Source: Alphaproteobacteria bacterium
GTDB lineage: Bacteria > Pseudomonadota > Alphaproteobacteria > MPNO01 > UBA830
NCBI GenBank assembly: GCA_965221485.1
Contig: OZ244893.1
Location: 1,995,529 to 2,059,528, forward strand
Direction of reading: 5' to 3'
Length of the DNA: 64,000 nucleotides
Shown here: in pieces, positions 28,613 to 39,205 of the stretch
Layout: the number at the start of each line of letters is the position of its first letter
Numbering within the stretch: position 1 is the stretch's first letter
Translations under genes and position numbers: made by a program
Notes under the pieces: generated by a model
What the model was told of the DNA's origin: nothing
What the model saw: the letters and a program-made list of their open reading frames with translations, nothing else
Database searches by the model: none

Positions 28613-28924
28613 ATGCTGATGGTCGAAAAACTTGCGGGAGAAGCCCGGCAAATGGCACTCCAGTCTCTGGGCGGCTGGACGGTTACCGACGGGCGCGATG
28701 CAATCACCCGGTCCTTTCGCTTTTCGGATTTCAATGAAGCTTTCGGGTTCATGGCCCGGGTCGCAATCAAGGCCGACCAGATGGATCATCACCCCGAGTG
28801 GTTCAACGTTTACAATCGGGTCGATGTCACACTGTCGACCCACGATGTTGGCGGACTCTCGGAGCGCGACATCGCCCTTGCAAAATTCATCGACAATATT
28901 GCAGGCTCCGCCGGAGATTGGTGA
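28613..28924 (+). CDS. Pterin-4a-carbinolamine dehydratase (PCD/DCoH)
   Basis: The ATG at 28613 has a GGAACGGGAG RBS; the track ORF has a 93-aa spurious extension. It carries the PCD signature [37 protein letters not shown]. Confidence 0.85.
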   Translation: MLMVEKLAGEARQMALQSLGGWTVTDGRDAITRSFRFSDFNEAFGFMARVAIKADQMDHHPEWFNVYNRVDVTLSTHDVGGLSERDIALAKFIDNIAGSAGDW

Positions 28925-28926
28925 GT

Positions 28927-29859
28927 TCACGAGGCTTTCCCGGATCGGTGCGATGCCAGTCCCGGAATGGTCAACCATAATGATGCACCAAAGATGATGG
29001 CGCCTCCGATCCATGTCCAGACATCCGGAAAGTCCCCGAATACGGCCCATCCCAGGACCGCCGCCCATATCAGTCGCGTGAAATTGAACGGCATGGCGAC
29101 AGAGACGTCCGCAGCCTGTATCCCGCGATTGAAAGTCCGCTGAAGGATAAAACTGGCAAGGCCCATGCTGCCAATCAGGATCCACAGTTCTGGTGGCGGC
29201 GTTTTCCAGACAATCGCAGTGGGAATCACAAGCAGGGCTGTCTGGGTGATAAAAAGCCAGGCGGCGATCGTATCCGGCGTATCCGTGCGCACCAGGGTCT
29301 TGATCAGAACCGTGATCACCGCTCCCGAGAGAGTAGAACCGAGGGCGAAAAGGATGCCCCAGTTCAGTTCGGTAAAGCCCGGTCGTATGACGGCAACCGC
29401 CCCGACAAATCCGACCAGTATGGCCGCCCACCGCTTCACTCCGGCGACTTCCCCAAGAAACAGCACGGCGATGGCCGCACCGATCACCGGCTGCAGGAAA
29501 TTGATAGCCGATATGTCGGCAATAGGCAGGAACGCTGTAGCTGCAAACAAAAGCGTCACATTGATGGAAGACAAGGTGCCGCGCAGGATATGGCGCCCGA
29601 TCCGCTGCGTCTGAAGGGCGGACCTGCCAACACGCATGAACCAGGGGAGCATGAACACCATGGCAAATGCGTTCCTGAGAAAAACGATCTGAAAGACGTG
29701 AATGTCGGGTGCCAGCAGCTTGCTGATGGCAAGCGACACCACGAAAGCAATCGCGGAAAGCGACATCCATATCCCGGCGCGCACAGAACCTGGCAGCGAC
29801 GAAAAAACACCGCGCAACGACCGGACGAGACGATCCGGACTGCGGTTCCTCACCGGCAT
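28927..29859 (-). CDS. DMT-superfamily transporter (EamA/RhaT, 10-TM)
   Basis: Two EamA-type halves are present. The start is probably the ATG at 29859 (MPVRNRS...). Confidence 0.7.
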   Translation of the reverse strand: MPVRNRSPDRLVRSLRGVFSSLPGSVRAGIWMSLSAIAFVVSLAISKLLAPDIHVFQIVFLRNAFAMVFMLPWFMRVGRSALQTQRIGRHILRGTLSSINVTLLFAATAFLPIADISAINFLQPVIGAAIAVLFLGEVAGVKRWAAILVGFVGAVAVIRPGFTELNWGILFALGSTLSGAVITVLIKTLVRTDTPDTIAAWLFITQTALLVIPTAIVWKTPPPELWILIGSMGLASFILQRTFNRGIQAADVSVAMPFNFTRLIWAAVLGWAVFGDFPDVWTWIGGAIIFGASLWLTIPGLASHRSGKAS

Positions 29860-29878
29860 CCCTCCCTGTCCGCGTTTC

Positions 29879-30775
29879 TCATCCAGTGTTCCGGCCCGGT
29901 TTCCTGTCCCGCCTGCCGGCGAATATCGAAGCCGAAAAAATGACGATCGCCCCAACAACGGTCCAGATATCCGGCAATTCCGAAAACGCCACAAACCCGA
30001 TCAGGATCGCAAACAGCAGACGGCTGAAGTCGAACGGCGCAACAGCACTCGCGTCACCGATGGCAAAAGCACGCGAATAGAACCGTTGGGCGGTGGTCGA
30101 AGCGGCTCCGAGAGCAAAGCCCCACAACCATTGCTCCGGATCAGGCCAGGTCCAGACAAACGCAGCGCCCAGCGTCGCAAAGGGCAGCATGTAGACGGAC
30201 TGGTACAATGCTGCTGTATCCGGTCGGTCTGTCCGCAAGGTTACCTTCAGAATCATGGCCGTACACGCAATCAGAAGCCCTGCACCAACGACCATCACGG
30301 CTCCGATATTGACGTCCTGAAACCCCGGCCGAATGACGATCAGCGTCCCAAGGAAACCGACAAGCAACGCCAACCAGCTCCGGCGGCGAAACGGCTCACG
30401 CAGGAACAGAACGCCGAACAGGGCGATGAAGAGCGGAAACGTGAACGAGATCGCGGTCGCATCCGCAATCGGAATCAATGCGACCCCGCCAAACCATCCA
30501 TACATCGCAACCGTGCTGAGCAATCCGCGGCAGACATACAGGCGGGAATGGCGGGTCCTCATTGCGCTGATTCCGACCCGCATCAGCCACGGCAGCATAA
30601 TGACGATCCCGAAAAGGGCTCGAAACAACGAAATCTCCAGAAAATGGAGTTCCTTTGAGAGATGACGCACAATGGCAGCCTGAATAGCGAACATGACGGC
30701 ACTGAGCGTCATCCACAGCGCGCCCTGCCAGGACCTTGGAACACGAGAAATCATCCGGGAAGAAAACGGGTTCAT
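29879..30775 (-). CDS. DMT-superfamily transporter (EamA/RhaT), tandem paralog
   Basis: 298 aa with the same architecture and clear similarity to the neighbouring EamA gene. Confidence 0.7.
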   Translation of the reverse strand: MNPFSSRMISRVPRSWQGALWMTLSAVMFAIQAAIVRHLSKELHFLEISLFRALFGIVIMLPWLMRVGISAMRTRHSRLYVCRGLLSTVAMYGWFGGVALIPIADATAISFTFPLFIALFGVLFLREPFRRRSWLALLVGFLGTLIVIRPGFQDVNIGAVMVVGAGLLIACTAMILKVTLRTDRPDTAALYQSVYMLPFATLGAAFVWTWPDPEQWLWGFALGAASTTAQRFYSRAFAIGDASAVAPFDFSRLLFAILIGFVAFSELPDIWTVVGAIVIFSASIFAGRRDRKPGRNTG

Positions 30776-30813
30776 GGATCGCCCGGATGGTCACATATTC
30801 GAGCGGAATACCC

Positions 30814-31605
30814 ATGCGTTTTGCCAACAGGACAGTCTGGATCACGGGGGCGTCGTCGGGAATCGGCGAAGCTCTCGCAAAGGCTTTTCACGCTGAAGGA
30901 GCCAGCGTCATCCTGTCTTCCCGGCGGGAAAAAGAACTCAACCAGGTAGCCAACACACTTACGGGTGTGTCCGGCGCCGGGGTCACGGTCCTGCCATTTG
31001 ATGTAACCGATGAAACCGCCGTCATGGAAGCAGCCCGAAAGATTATCGAACAATCGGGACCCATTGACATACTCGTGAACAATGCCGGGCTGACACAAAG
31101 GGCAAGGGTCGCTGAAACCGAACTTTCCGTCTTTCGAGAGGTCATGGAAGTAAACTATTTTGGCCCCCTGATGATGACGAAAGCAGTCCTGCCGTCCATG
31201 ATCGATCATGGACGCGGGCATATCGTCACCATCACCAGCGTTGCTGCAAAGTACGGATCACCCCTGCGTTCCGGATATAATGCTGCCAAGCATGCAGCAC
31301 ACGGATTTTTCGATGCGCTGCGCGAGGAAGTGACCGAACACGGAATCGACGTCACCCTTATCGTTCCGGGTGCGGTGAGGACAAACATATCCCTCAATGC
31401 GCTTACCGGCAACGGTGCCCGATACGGACGAATGGACCGCTTTCTCGAACGCGGACTGCCGCCGGAGATCTGCGCGACACGAATACTTGATGCGGTTCAC
31501 ACCAGAAAACGGGAAATCATGATCGCACGGGGCGCTGCGCGCCGACATGTCTATCTCAAGGCGGTTGCGCCGCGACTGCTGTCCCGGGTTCTGCGACGCC
31601 GCTGA
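30814..31605 (+). CDS. Short-chain dehydrogenase/reductase (SDR) family oxidoreductase
   Basis: [12 protein letters not shown] glycine motif, NNAG and the YxxxK motif (YNAAKHA). The start is the ATG at 30814. Confidence 0.8.
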   Translation: MRFANRTVWITGASSGIGEALAKAFHAEGASVILSSRREKELNQVANTLTGVSGAGVTVLPFDVTDETAVMEAARKIIEQSGPIDILVNNAGLTQRARVAETELSVFREVMEVNYFGPLMMTKAVLPSMIDHGRGHIVTITSVAAKYGSPLRSGYNAAKHAAHGFFDALREEVTEHGIDVTLIVPGAVRTNISLNALTGNGARYGRMDRFLERGLPPEICATRILDAVHTRKREIMIARGAARRHVYLKAVAPRLLSRVLRRR

Positions 31606-31675
31606 GTTGGGGACAATTTCCCCGGAACCCGCAAGAATGATAGCTTGCGAGGCGCATTGGCAAAGGAGCAAGTTC

Positions 31676-33631
31676 TTGGTGCAACCGCTGTGGCAGCCGT
31701 CGCAAGACCGGATCGCGGCCTCCGGAATGACACGTTTTCTGGATGAGGAGGTGCGCAGGCGCTGGAACGTCACACCTTCTGACTACGAAGAGTTTCATCG
31801 CTGGTCGGTTACGGAAAAGGAAAAGTTCTGGCAGTCGATATGGTCCTTTGGCAGAGTCATCGGAGACGGTCCCGGAGACACAGTCCTTGTAAACGGCGAT
31901 CATATGCTTGAGGCCCGGTGGTTTCCCGATGCGAGGCTGAATTTCGCGGAAAACCTCCTGCGACGACGCGATGCCGGACCGGCCCTGATTTTCCGGGGGG
32001 AAAACAGGGTCGAAAGAACCCTGAGCTTCAAGGAGCTTCATGACCTCGTCTCCAGACTGTCATCCGCTCTCAGGAATGAAGGCATCGGACCTGGTGACCG
32101 TGTTGCCGGATATCTTCCCAACATGCCTGAATCTGTCGCTGCGATGCTGGCGGTGGCGAGCGTGGGCGCCATCTGGTCATCCTGCTCTCCCGATTTCGGG
32201 GTCCCCGGCGTGGTTGACAGGTTCGGCCAGATCAAACCGACGCTGTTGTTTTGTTCGGACGGGTACTTCTATAACGGCAAGAGAATCGACATTCTGGACC
32301 GTACGGCCGAAATCCTGGCGCAGATACCGACGATCCAGCGGACCGTTGTCCTGCCCTATGACAGTGATGCCGGAGATATCTCCGCCGTCCGCCAAGCTGT
32401 CAGTCTCGAGGATTTTACGGCGGCCCACCCGCCCGGAGACATCCGGTTCACGCGTACCGAATTCAGTCATCCTCTCTACATTCTGTTTTCGTCAGGAACC
32501 ACCGGAGCTCCGAAATGCATCGTTCACAGCGCCGGGGGCACGCTGCTGAAGCATTTGAGCGAGCACATGCTGCATACGGACATCCGGCGGGATGATCGTG
32601 TGTTCTATTTCACGACCCTGGGCTGGATGATGTCCAATTGGCTTTTTTCCGCCCTCGCATCGGAAGCCACCCTGTTGCTGTATGATGGATCTCCGTTCCA
32701 CCCCGGACCAGAAGCGCTCTTCGACTTTGCAGACGCCGCCGGGATGACACATTTCGGAACCTCGGCCAAGTATATCGATGCCATCAAGAATGCGGGTCTG
32801 AAGCCCGCCAGGACCCATGACCTGTCCCCGGTCCGCACAATCCTGTCCACCGGATCCCCGCTTGTGGAGGAAAGCTACGACTACATCTATGACTGCGTGA
32901 AGTCCGATGTCTGTCTTTCGTCAATCTCCGGCGGAACTGATATCGTGGGTTGTTTCGTCCTCGGAAACCCCAATGGACCGGTTTACCGCGGAGAAATTCA
33001 GGCCAAGGCTCTGGGCCTCGATGTCGATATCCTCGACGATGTTGGCCGCCCAATCACAGGCGAGAAAGGTGAACTTGTCTGCAAGGCACCATTTCCGTCG
33101 ATGCCCGTGAAATTCTGGAACGATCCCGACGGATCCAGGTACCGGACGGCCTACTTCGATCGTTTCAGGAACATATGGTGCCACGGAGACTATGCCGAAA
33201 TTACCGGACAGGGCGGCATGAGAATCTTCGGGAGATCCGACGCCGTTCTGAATCCCGGTGGTGTCAGGATAGGTACTGCCGAGATTTATCGGCAGGTCGA
33301 ACAGTTTCCGGAAATTGAAGAAGGACTCGCCATCGGGCAGGAATGGAAAAACGATCAACGTGTGATCCTGTTCGTTCGCCTCTCCGAAACAGCCGCGCTC
33401 GACGACGAACTGGTTCATCGGATACGGCAACGCATCCGCCAGAATTGTTCGCCACGACATGTCCCATCAAAAATCCTTTCGGTATCCGATATTCCACGCA
33501 CCAAATCAGGTAAAATAACGGAACTGGCGGTCCGGGAAGTGGTTCACGGACGAACTGTCAGGAATGTTGAAGCGCTTGCCAATCCGGAAGCACTGGACTA
33601 CTTCAGGGATCGGGAGGAACTCGCGGACTGA
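31676..33631 (+). CDS. Acetoacetyl-CoA synthetase-like acyl/acetoacetate–CoA ligase
   Basis: ~650 aa from the TTG at 31676 with a perfect AAGGAG RBS 8 nt upstream. The N-terminus (LVQPLWQPS...MTRFLD...YEEFHRWSV...FWQSIW) matches the AcsA pattern. It has the AMP-binding motifs SSGTTGAPK and the YxxGD/Lys tail. Confidence 0.75.
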   Translation: MVQPLWQPSQDRIAASGMTRFLDEEVRRRWNVTPSDYEEFHRWSVTEKEKFWQSIWSFGRVIGDGPGDTVLVNGDHMLEARWFPDARLNFAENLLRRRDAGPALIFRGENRVERTLSFKELHDLVSRLSSALRNEGIGPGDRVAGYLPNMPESVAAMLAVASVGAIWSSCSPDFGVPGVVDRFGQIKPTLLFCSDGYFYNGKRIDILDRTAEILAQIPTIQRTVVLPYDSDAGDISAVRQAVSLEDFTAAHPPGDIRFTRTEFSHPLYILFSSGTTGAPKCIVHSAGGTLLKHLSEHMLHTDIRRDDRVFYFTTLGWMMSNWLFSALASEATLLLYDGSPFHPGPEALFDFADAAGMTHFGTSAKYIDAIKNAGLKPARTHDLSPVRTILSTGSPLVEESYDYIYDCVKSDVCLSSISGGTDIVGCFVLGNPNGPVYRGEIQAKALGLDVDILDDVGRPITGEKGELVCKAPFPSMPVKFWNDPDGSRYRTAYFDRFRNIWCHGDYAEITGQGGMRIFGRSDAVLNPGGVRIGTAEIYRQVEQFPEIEEGLAIGQEWKNDQRVILFVRLSETAALDDELVHRIRQRIRQNCSPRHVPSKILSVSDIPRTKSGKITELAVREVVHGRTVRNVEALANPEALDYFRDREELAD

Positions 33632-33726
33632 ACCGGAACCCAGGTGCCACCCGGCTGAATTCTTCTGTTATCGTTATGAAAAACGGCGGAAGTGTTGCCT
33701 GCCAATCGTGTAACAACAGGGTCGTT

Positions 33727-35613
33727 ATGACCAAAACAGCGTGGAGACTGCGCGCAAAAATGCCCATTAGACGGATTTGGGGCCGCGTTCCTGCTGCCGC
33801 AATAGCCATTGCAGTGGCAATCTCTCTGGCTGGCATCACATCGGATGTGCTCGCTCAGGACAAGACCCTCGGCCCGCGCGCTGCGGCCATCGACGCAAAC
33901 AAGAACGGCGTCATTGATCGGAACGAAGCCAGGGGGCCACTCGACGAGAGTTTCAGCGAAATGGACTGCGACAGGTCCGGTGCGCTTGATGGCGAAGAAA
34001 TCAGAAACTTCTTTTCCGGCACCGGATGCCCGGAGACCCAGACTGCCGCTCCGGAATCGACAAGCCCCGCCCCCGACACGACACTCGGCCCGCGCGCTGC
34101 AGCCATTGACGCAAACAAGAACGGCGTCATTGATCGGGACGAGGCAAGGGGACCGCTCGACGAGAGTTTCAGCGAAATGGACTGCGACAGGTCCGGTGCG
34201 CTCGATGGGGCAGAAATCAGAAACTTCTTTTCCGGCACCGGATGCCCGGAGACCCAGACTGCCGCTCCGGAATCGACGGGCCCCGCCCCCGACACGACAC
34301 TCGGCCCGCGCGCTGCAGCCATTGACGCAAACAAGAACGGCGTCATTGATCGGGACGAGGCAAGGGGACCGCTCGACGAGAGTTTCAACGAGATGGACTG
34401 CGACAAGTCAGGTGCGCTCGATGGCGCAGAAATCAGGAACTTTTTTTCCGGTTCGGGGTGCCCCGAGACCCAGACTGCCGGCCGTACAGGGGCAACACCG
34501 CCCGGGCCGCAACCGGGACAAGCTTCCGGCGGGAGCAACGCACAGCGACCACGCGGGCGTCCGCCCCGTTCGGTGCGCGTCGATGAGGTGATCAGGGAAA
34601 CGCAGTCGCAAACGTTTCCGGTCATCGGCCGGTTGGTGGCACGCCGTGCCGGCATCGTCGCATCCTTCATCCCGGGCGCCGTCGCCGGACTTAACTTTGA
34701 CGTGGGAGACCGGGTTAAAAAGCGTGACATCATTGCTACTCTGGCTCCCGCCAGACTGAAGGCGGCCCGCGACAAGTTTCAGGCTGCGAGGGCAACCCGC
34801 GATGCCATGGTGCGAACAGCCGAATCAGAACATAACAAGAAGGTGCAGGAACTTCGGCGCATGGAGAGCCTGCGTACGTCTTCCGCGTTCTCACGTGCAC
34901 GATACGAGGATCTTGTCCGCGATGTCGAGGGGCGCAAGGCGGTCATCGCAGAACGACGTTCACTGCTGAAACAAGCGGAAGCGGAACTCAAGCAGGCCTC
35001 GATCGATCTTGCGAATGCCACTATCCGCGCACCCTATGACGGTGTGATCGTGGAGAAACACACCGAAATTGGCTCCTACGTCAGCTTCGGTGGATCGGTC
35101 GTCACCATGATCAGCGATAGCGATATCGAGGTCGAAGCCGGCGTTCCCTCCGACCTGATCGCCGGCCTCAATCGTGGAATGGCGATTCGCGTAAGGCTTG
35201 ACGACGAAACGGAACACCGGTCCGTGATCCGCGCCATCGTGCCACAGGAAAATCCGCGTACCCGAACCCGTCTTGTGCGCATGACGCCGGAGTTTGGAGA
35301 GACGTCCAAGCAACTGGCTGTCAACCAAAGTGCGACCGCGATGATCCCGATTGGCAAGATTCGTGAGGTTGTCACTGTCCACAAGGATGCCATCGTACAC
35401 CGGAACAATGCCCAGCAGGTCTATGTTGTCCGCAACAACCGCGCCTTTCAGAGACCGGTCGAAATCGGCGATGCTGTCGGTAATCGATACATTGTCCTGT
35501 CAGGACTGAAGCCTGGTGATGTTGTGGTGGTCCAGGGCAACGAGGGACTGCCCCCGGGATCCAGGATCCGTATCTTGACCGACACCCTGGCAGTCGGGGT
35601 CACCACACAATGA
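33727..35613 (+). CDS. RND-efflux membrane-fusion protein (periplasmic adaptor) with an N-terminal triple EF-hand-pair repeat extension
   Basis: The C-terminal ~350 aa form a typical HlyD/AcrA-like adaptor (coiled-coil hairpin, lipoyl and beta-barrel regions), and the gene overlaps the RND pump start (ATGA). The N-terminal ~270 aa are a signal peptide plus three ~72-aa repeats. Each repeat contains two 12-residue EF-hand loops (DANKNGVIDRNE and DCDRSGALDGEE). Start choice (33727) is uncertain. Confidence 0.75.
   Translation: MTKTAWRLRAKMPIRRIWGRVPAAAIAIAVAISLAGITSDVLAQDKTLGPRAAAIDANKNGVIDRNEARGPLDESFSEMDCDRSGALDGEEIRNFFSGTGCPETQTAAPESTSPAPDTTLGPRAAAIDANKNGVIDRDEARGPLDESFSEMDCDRSGALDGAEIRNFFSGTGCPETQTAAPESTGPAPDTTLGPRAAAIDANKNGVIDRDEARGPLDESFNEMDCDKSGALDGAEIRNFFSGSGCPETQTAGRTGATPPGPQPGQASGGSNAQRPRGRPPRSVRVDEVIRETQSQTFPVIGRLVARRAGIVASFIPGAVAGLNFDVGDRVKKRDIIATLAPARLKAARDKFQAARATRDAMVRTAESEHNKKVQELRRMESLRTSSAFSRARYEDLVRDVEGRKAVIAERRSLLKQAEAELKQASIDLANATIRAPYDGVIVEKHTEIGSYVSFGGSVVTMISDSDIEVEAGVPSDLIAGLNRGMAIRVRLDDETEHRSVIRAIVPQENPRTRTRLVRMTPEFGETSKQLAVNQSATAMIPIGKIREVVTVHKDAIVHRNNAQQVYVVRNNRAFQRPVEIGDAVGNRYIVLSGLKPGDVVVVQGNEGLPPGSRIRILTDTLAVGVTTQ
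33868..34480 (+). repeat. 216-bp near-perfect tandem repeat (~2.8 copies) inside the adaptor-protein gene
   Basis: Copies begin at 33868, 34084 and 34300 (CTCGGCCCGCGCGCTGC...). Only a few substitutions separate the copies. The repeats are in-frame and encode the EF-hand-pair module. Confidence 0.85.
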
Positions 35614-38600
35614 ATATCATTCGCCTTGCTATCGAACGACCGACCGCGGTCGTTGCGCTGGTGCTCATGATCATCCTTTTCGGATATGTCGCCCTGCAAC
35701 GGATTCCGATTCAGATGGCGCCGGATGTACGTCAGCCGATCATCAATGTGACGACCGTTTGGCCGGGAGCGGCGCCGGCTGAGATCGAGCGCGAAATCAT
35801 TCTCCCACAGGAAGATCAGCTCAAGGGGCTCGAGGGTGTGCGGAAGATGACGTCGCGGGCCATGCCGAACCGCAGTCAGATCACCCTGGAGTTCGGGCCA
35901 AGTGTCAATTTCAATCGCGCCTTGCTGCTGGTTGCCAACCGGCTCGATCGGGTCGCCCGTTATCCGAACGAGGCCAATCAACCTGTTCTGTCTACATCGG
36001 GGACCGAAGACAACGCCATTGCCTGGTTCGTCCTGACCCGCGAGGAGGGCAATAATCGGGATCTGATAAATTACGGCGATTTCCTGATTGATGTGGTTCA
36101 GGAACGTTTTGAGCGCATCAAGGGCGTAGCCGGGGTCAATATATTTGGCGACACGGAACGCGAAATGACCATCACGGTTACGCCGCAGTCCCTGGCCCGT
36201 TACGGAATGACGGTCAGCGAGGTGCTTCGTCGATTGCGTGCCTCAAACACTTCCATGACAGCCGGAGATGTGGAGGAGGGGAAACGCCGCTATGTCGTGC
36301 GGACCGAAGGCGGCATCACCGCAACCCGGGAAGCCGAACAGATCGTTCTCCGCTCGGACAGCAACAGCGGGACAAATTTCGGTTCGGGAGCCGGTCTTGG
36401 TCGGGTTCTTGTCGGAGATATTGCCGGGGTCAATATCGGATACAAGAAGGCGCAGGCGCGGCTGCGGCAGCTGGATGAACCGGCACTGGGTTTCAATATA
36501 ACCCGTGAGCAGGGCGCAAACGTCATCGAAACGATGAGAGAGGTGAACCTCGTCGCTGCAGAACTGGCGGCCGGTCCCCTCAAGGAACAGGGGCTGATTG
36601 TCGAACAGGTCTATGACGAAACCGACTACATCCAGTCCTCTATCAATCTGGTGCTCCAGAATATCTATGTGGGCGGCGTACTCGCAATTGTGATCCTGCT
36701 GGTTTTTCTTCGCTCCTGGCGCCCCACCCTCGTGATCGCCCTGTCCATCCCCGTATCTGTCATCGGATCCTTCGTGGCCATGGCCGTCCTTGGTCGATCT
36801 CTGAACGTGGTCAGCCTTGCTGGAATAGCCTTCGCTGTCGGTATGGTTGTTGACGCCGCGATTGTGGTGCTGGAGAACATCTACAGGATGCGTCAGGAGG
36901 GCCGATCCGCTGCGGAAGCAGCCTATCATGGTGTCCAGCAGGTCTGGCCGGCGGTTCTGGTTTCCTCCCTGACAACCGTGATGGTGTTCATCCCGATTCT
37001 GATCATGGACCTTGAAGTCGGCCAGTTGTTCCGGGATATCGCTGTCGCGATTTCTGTTTCGGTCCTGCTCTCGCTGCTGGTTGCGGTCACGCTGATTCCG
37101 GCATTATCGAAGGGCCTGCTTGGTGGCCGCGTCGACAGGAAGGATTTCAGGATACGCGTTCCTATCGTTGACTGGTTTTCAGCCTGGTTTGTGAGATTTT
37201 GGACCGGTTATGCGCGCGTGGTTGCGCGCTACAAGGCGGCTGCACTTGTTCTGGTTGCGTGCATCATCGGTGTCGCCACCGTTGTCACCATCGCGATCAT
37301 GCCCAAGCTCGACTACCTTCCAACAGGAAGCCGAAACTTCGCGATCGGGATTGTCATTCCGCCGGCCGGCTACAACCTCGACACTAACGAAGCCATCCTC
37401 AAGAAGCTGTCAGACGCCACAAAACCCTTTTGGTCGCGTGGTCCGGAAGCTGAAACAACACCGCCCGAAGATCAGATTATCGATCGCTTTTTCTATGTCG
37501 CCCGCCTTGGCCGCATGTTTTTCGCTGCCACCCATGTCAATGAACGCCGGGCCCATGAACTGATTCCCTTGCTTACGGAGCGGGCGCGGAAGGAGCCCGG
37601 CGTCCTTGCCTTTGTATTCCAGCCCTCGCTGTTCGGGCGCTCCATCGGTTCGGGGCGTAACATCGACATTGAAGTCGCGGGGCCCCAGCTCGATGATGTC
37701 TATGCGGTGGGGCAGGAGGTCTTCTTCTCGACCCTAGGAGCGTTGCCGCCAAGTCAGGGACATCGTGCACGCCCCCGCCCCGCACTGACCCTGGGAGCCC
37801 CCGAAGTCAGAATTCTGCCTGATCATGTCCGTCTCACCGACAACGGCCTGTCAGCACGGGAGCTCGCTGAGTCCGTTGACGCGTTCAACGACGGCGTGCG
37901 CGTGGATGAAATCTCCTTGGACGGCCGGCGGATCGATCTGGTTCTGAAGGGCCCGGAACCGCAAAGGGAATCGACACAGGCCATAAGGGCCTTGCCTGTC
38001 GTTACGTCAGATGGCCGGATCGTTAACGTCTCCAGTCTGGCTGATGTCATCGAAACCGCCGGGCCCACAGAAATCCAGAGGATAGACCGGGCACGAACTA
38101 TAACCATCCGGGTCAGCCCGTCTCCCGGAATGCCGCTCCAGGCGGCGATGGACATCATTGAAAAAGATGTGCTGGCCCCGATCACAGCCAAGGGTCTTCC
38201 CGAGGGTGTGCGATTTCGCCTTGCGGGAAGCGCCGACAAACTCGTCGTGACCTGGAATCATATGGTTCTCGACCTCGTTCTCGCTCTGATCATCGTCTAT
38301 CTGGTGATGGCGGTTCTGTTCGAGAGTTTTCTTTATCCCTGGATTGTCATGCTTGCGGTGCCGGTCGCGGCGGCCGGAGGGTTAGGCGGCCTCGCGCTGC
38401 TCAACACATATGTGAACCAGCCCCTCGACATGCTCACAATGCTTGGCTTCGTGATATTGATCGGAATTGTTGTCAATAGCGCCATTCTGCTTGTGCACCA
38501 AACCCTCTACCACACGCGTCACGACGGAATGGAAGTCAACCGGGCCATAGAAACGGCGACCCGAAACCGTATTCGCCCTATCTTCATGTCCACCCTGACG

Positions 38601-38819
38601 TCGATATTTGGAATGCTGCCGCTTGTCGTCTTTCCCGGCTCCGGTTCGGAACTCTACCGGGGCCTTGGTTCAGTAGTCCTTGGAGGCCTGGCGTTATCGG
38701 CGGTTCTGACAATGGCTATCGTTCCGCCAATGATGTCCCTGACTGTCGGAGTCGTTGAACGCCGGAGAATGCGACGGAAAAAGATGACGGTTCCGGAGGC
38801 GCAACCGGCACAGACATGA
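35610..38819 (+). CDS. RND-family efflux pump inner-membrane permease (AcrB/AcrD-like)
   Basis: 1069 aa with 12 TMs and two large periplasmic loops. The start is translationally coupled to the adaptor gene. Confidence 0.9.
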   Translation: MNIIRLAIERPTAVVALVLMIILFGYVALQRIPIQMAPDVRQPIINVTTVWPGAAPAEIEREIILPQEDQLKGLEGVRKMTSRAMPNRSQITLEFGPSVNFNRALLLVANRLDRVARYPNEANQPVLSTSGTEDNAIAWFVLTREEGNNRDLINYGDFLIDVVQERFERIKGVAGVNIFGDTEREMTITVTPQSLARYGMTVSEVLRRLRASNTSMTAGDVEEGKRRYVVRTEGGITATREAEQIVLRSDSNSGTNFGSGAGLGRVLVGDIAGVNIGYKKAQARLRQLDEPALGFNITREQGANVIETMREVNLVAAELAAGPLKEQGLIVEQVYDETDYIQSSINLVLQNIYVGGVLAIVILLVFLRSWRPTLVIALSIPVSVIGSFVAMAVLGRSLNVVSLAGIAFAVGMVVDAAIVVLENIYRMRQEGRSAAEAAYHGVQQVWPAVLVSSLTTVMVFIPILIMDLEVGQLFRDIAVAISVSVLLSLLVAVTLIPALSKGLLGGRVDRKDFRIRVPIVDWFSAWFVRFWTGYARVVARYKAAALVLVACIIGVATVVTIAIMPKLDYLPTGSRNFAIGIVIPPAGYNLDTNEAILKKLSDATKPFWSRGPEAETTPPEDQIIDRFFYVARLGRMFFAATHVNERRAHELIPLLTERARKEPGVLAFVFQPSLFGRSIGSGRNIDIEVAGPQLDDVYAVGQEVFFSTLGALPPSQGHRARPRPALTLGAPEVRILPDHVRLTDNGLSARELAESVDAFNDGVRVDEISLDGRRIDLVLKGPEPQRESTQAIRALPVVTSDGRIVNVSSLADVIETAGPTEIQRIDRARTITIRVSPSPGMPLQAAMDIIEKDVLAPITAKGLPEGVRFRLAGSADKLVVTWNHMVLDLVLALIIVYLVMAVLFESFLYPWIVMLAVPVAAAGGLGGLALLNTYVNQPLDMLTMLGFVILIGIVVNSAILLVHQTLYHTRHDGMEVNRAIETATRNRIRPIFMSTLTSIFGMLPLVVFPGSGSELYRGLGSVVLGGLALSAVLTMAIVPPMMSLTVGVVERRRMRRKKMTVPEAQPAQT

Positions 38820-39205
38820 ACCGATCTGTCTACGGGGCCCCATTCGGACCAGCGCCGACTGACAGCGCCTGAAGCGGCGGAGTTGTCTCCGCTGTGATGA
38901 GATCAGTGTTCAACGTGGCCTCTTCGCATTCCGTCAGGATGGGCACGGTTTGGCCTCGGATTGCTCGGGGCGAACACTGCGGAGTTTGCAGAGAATAATG
39001 CGAAACTCTGTGTCGGCCTCATATGGACCGGTATCATCAGTCAGTCGGCTGTCGCGCTGATAGCCGCAGGCCAGGTGCACATCGCGACCAAGGAATTAGC
39101 AATCCACGCTTGGTCCGCTTTCGGACAGGCACGGAGAATGGACCAGCCATGGTCCCGGTTTCTGCCACTGTGACTCTTCAGGTCCAGAACTGCCTCACCT
39201 CCGGG

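Noticed and set aside
33868-34480. Tandem direct repeats as a possible CRISPR array or other non-coding repeat
   Set aside because: The period is 216 bp, far too long for CRISPR. The repeats are contiguous with no spacers. They lie in-frame inside a protein-coding gene, where they encode EF-hand modules.
33855-34775. 306-aa minus-strand ORF covering the tandem repeat
   Set aside because: It is the antisense reading of the EF-hand repeat region. The sense frame has perfect EF-hand loops and continues into a bona fide adaptor protein.
36243-36929. 228-aa minus-strand ORF
   Set aside because: It is antisense to the RND permease gene.
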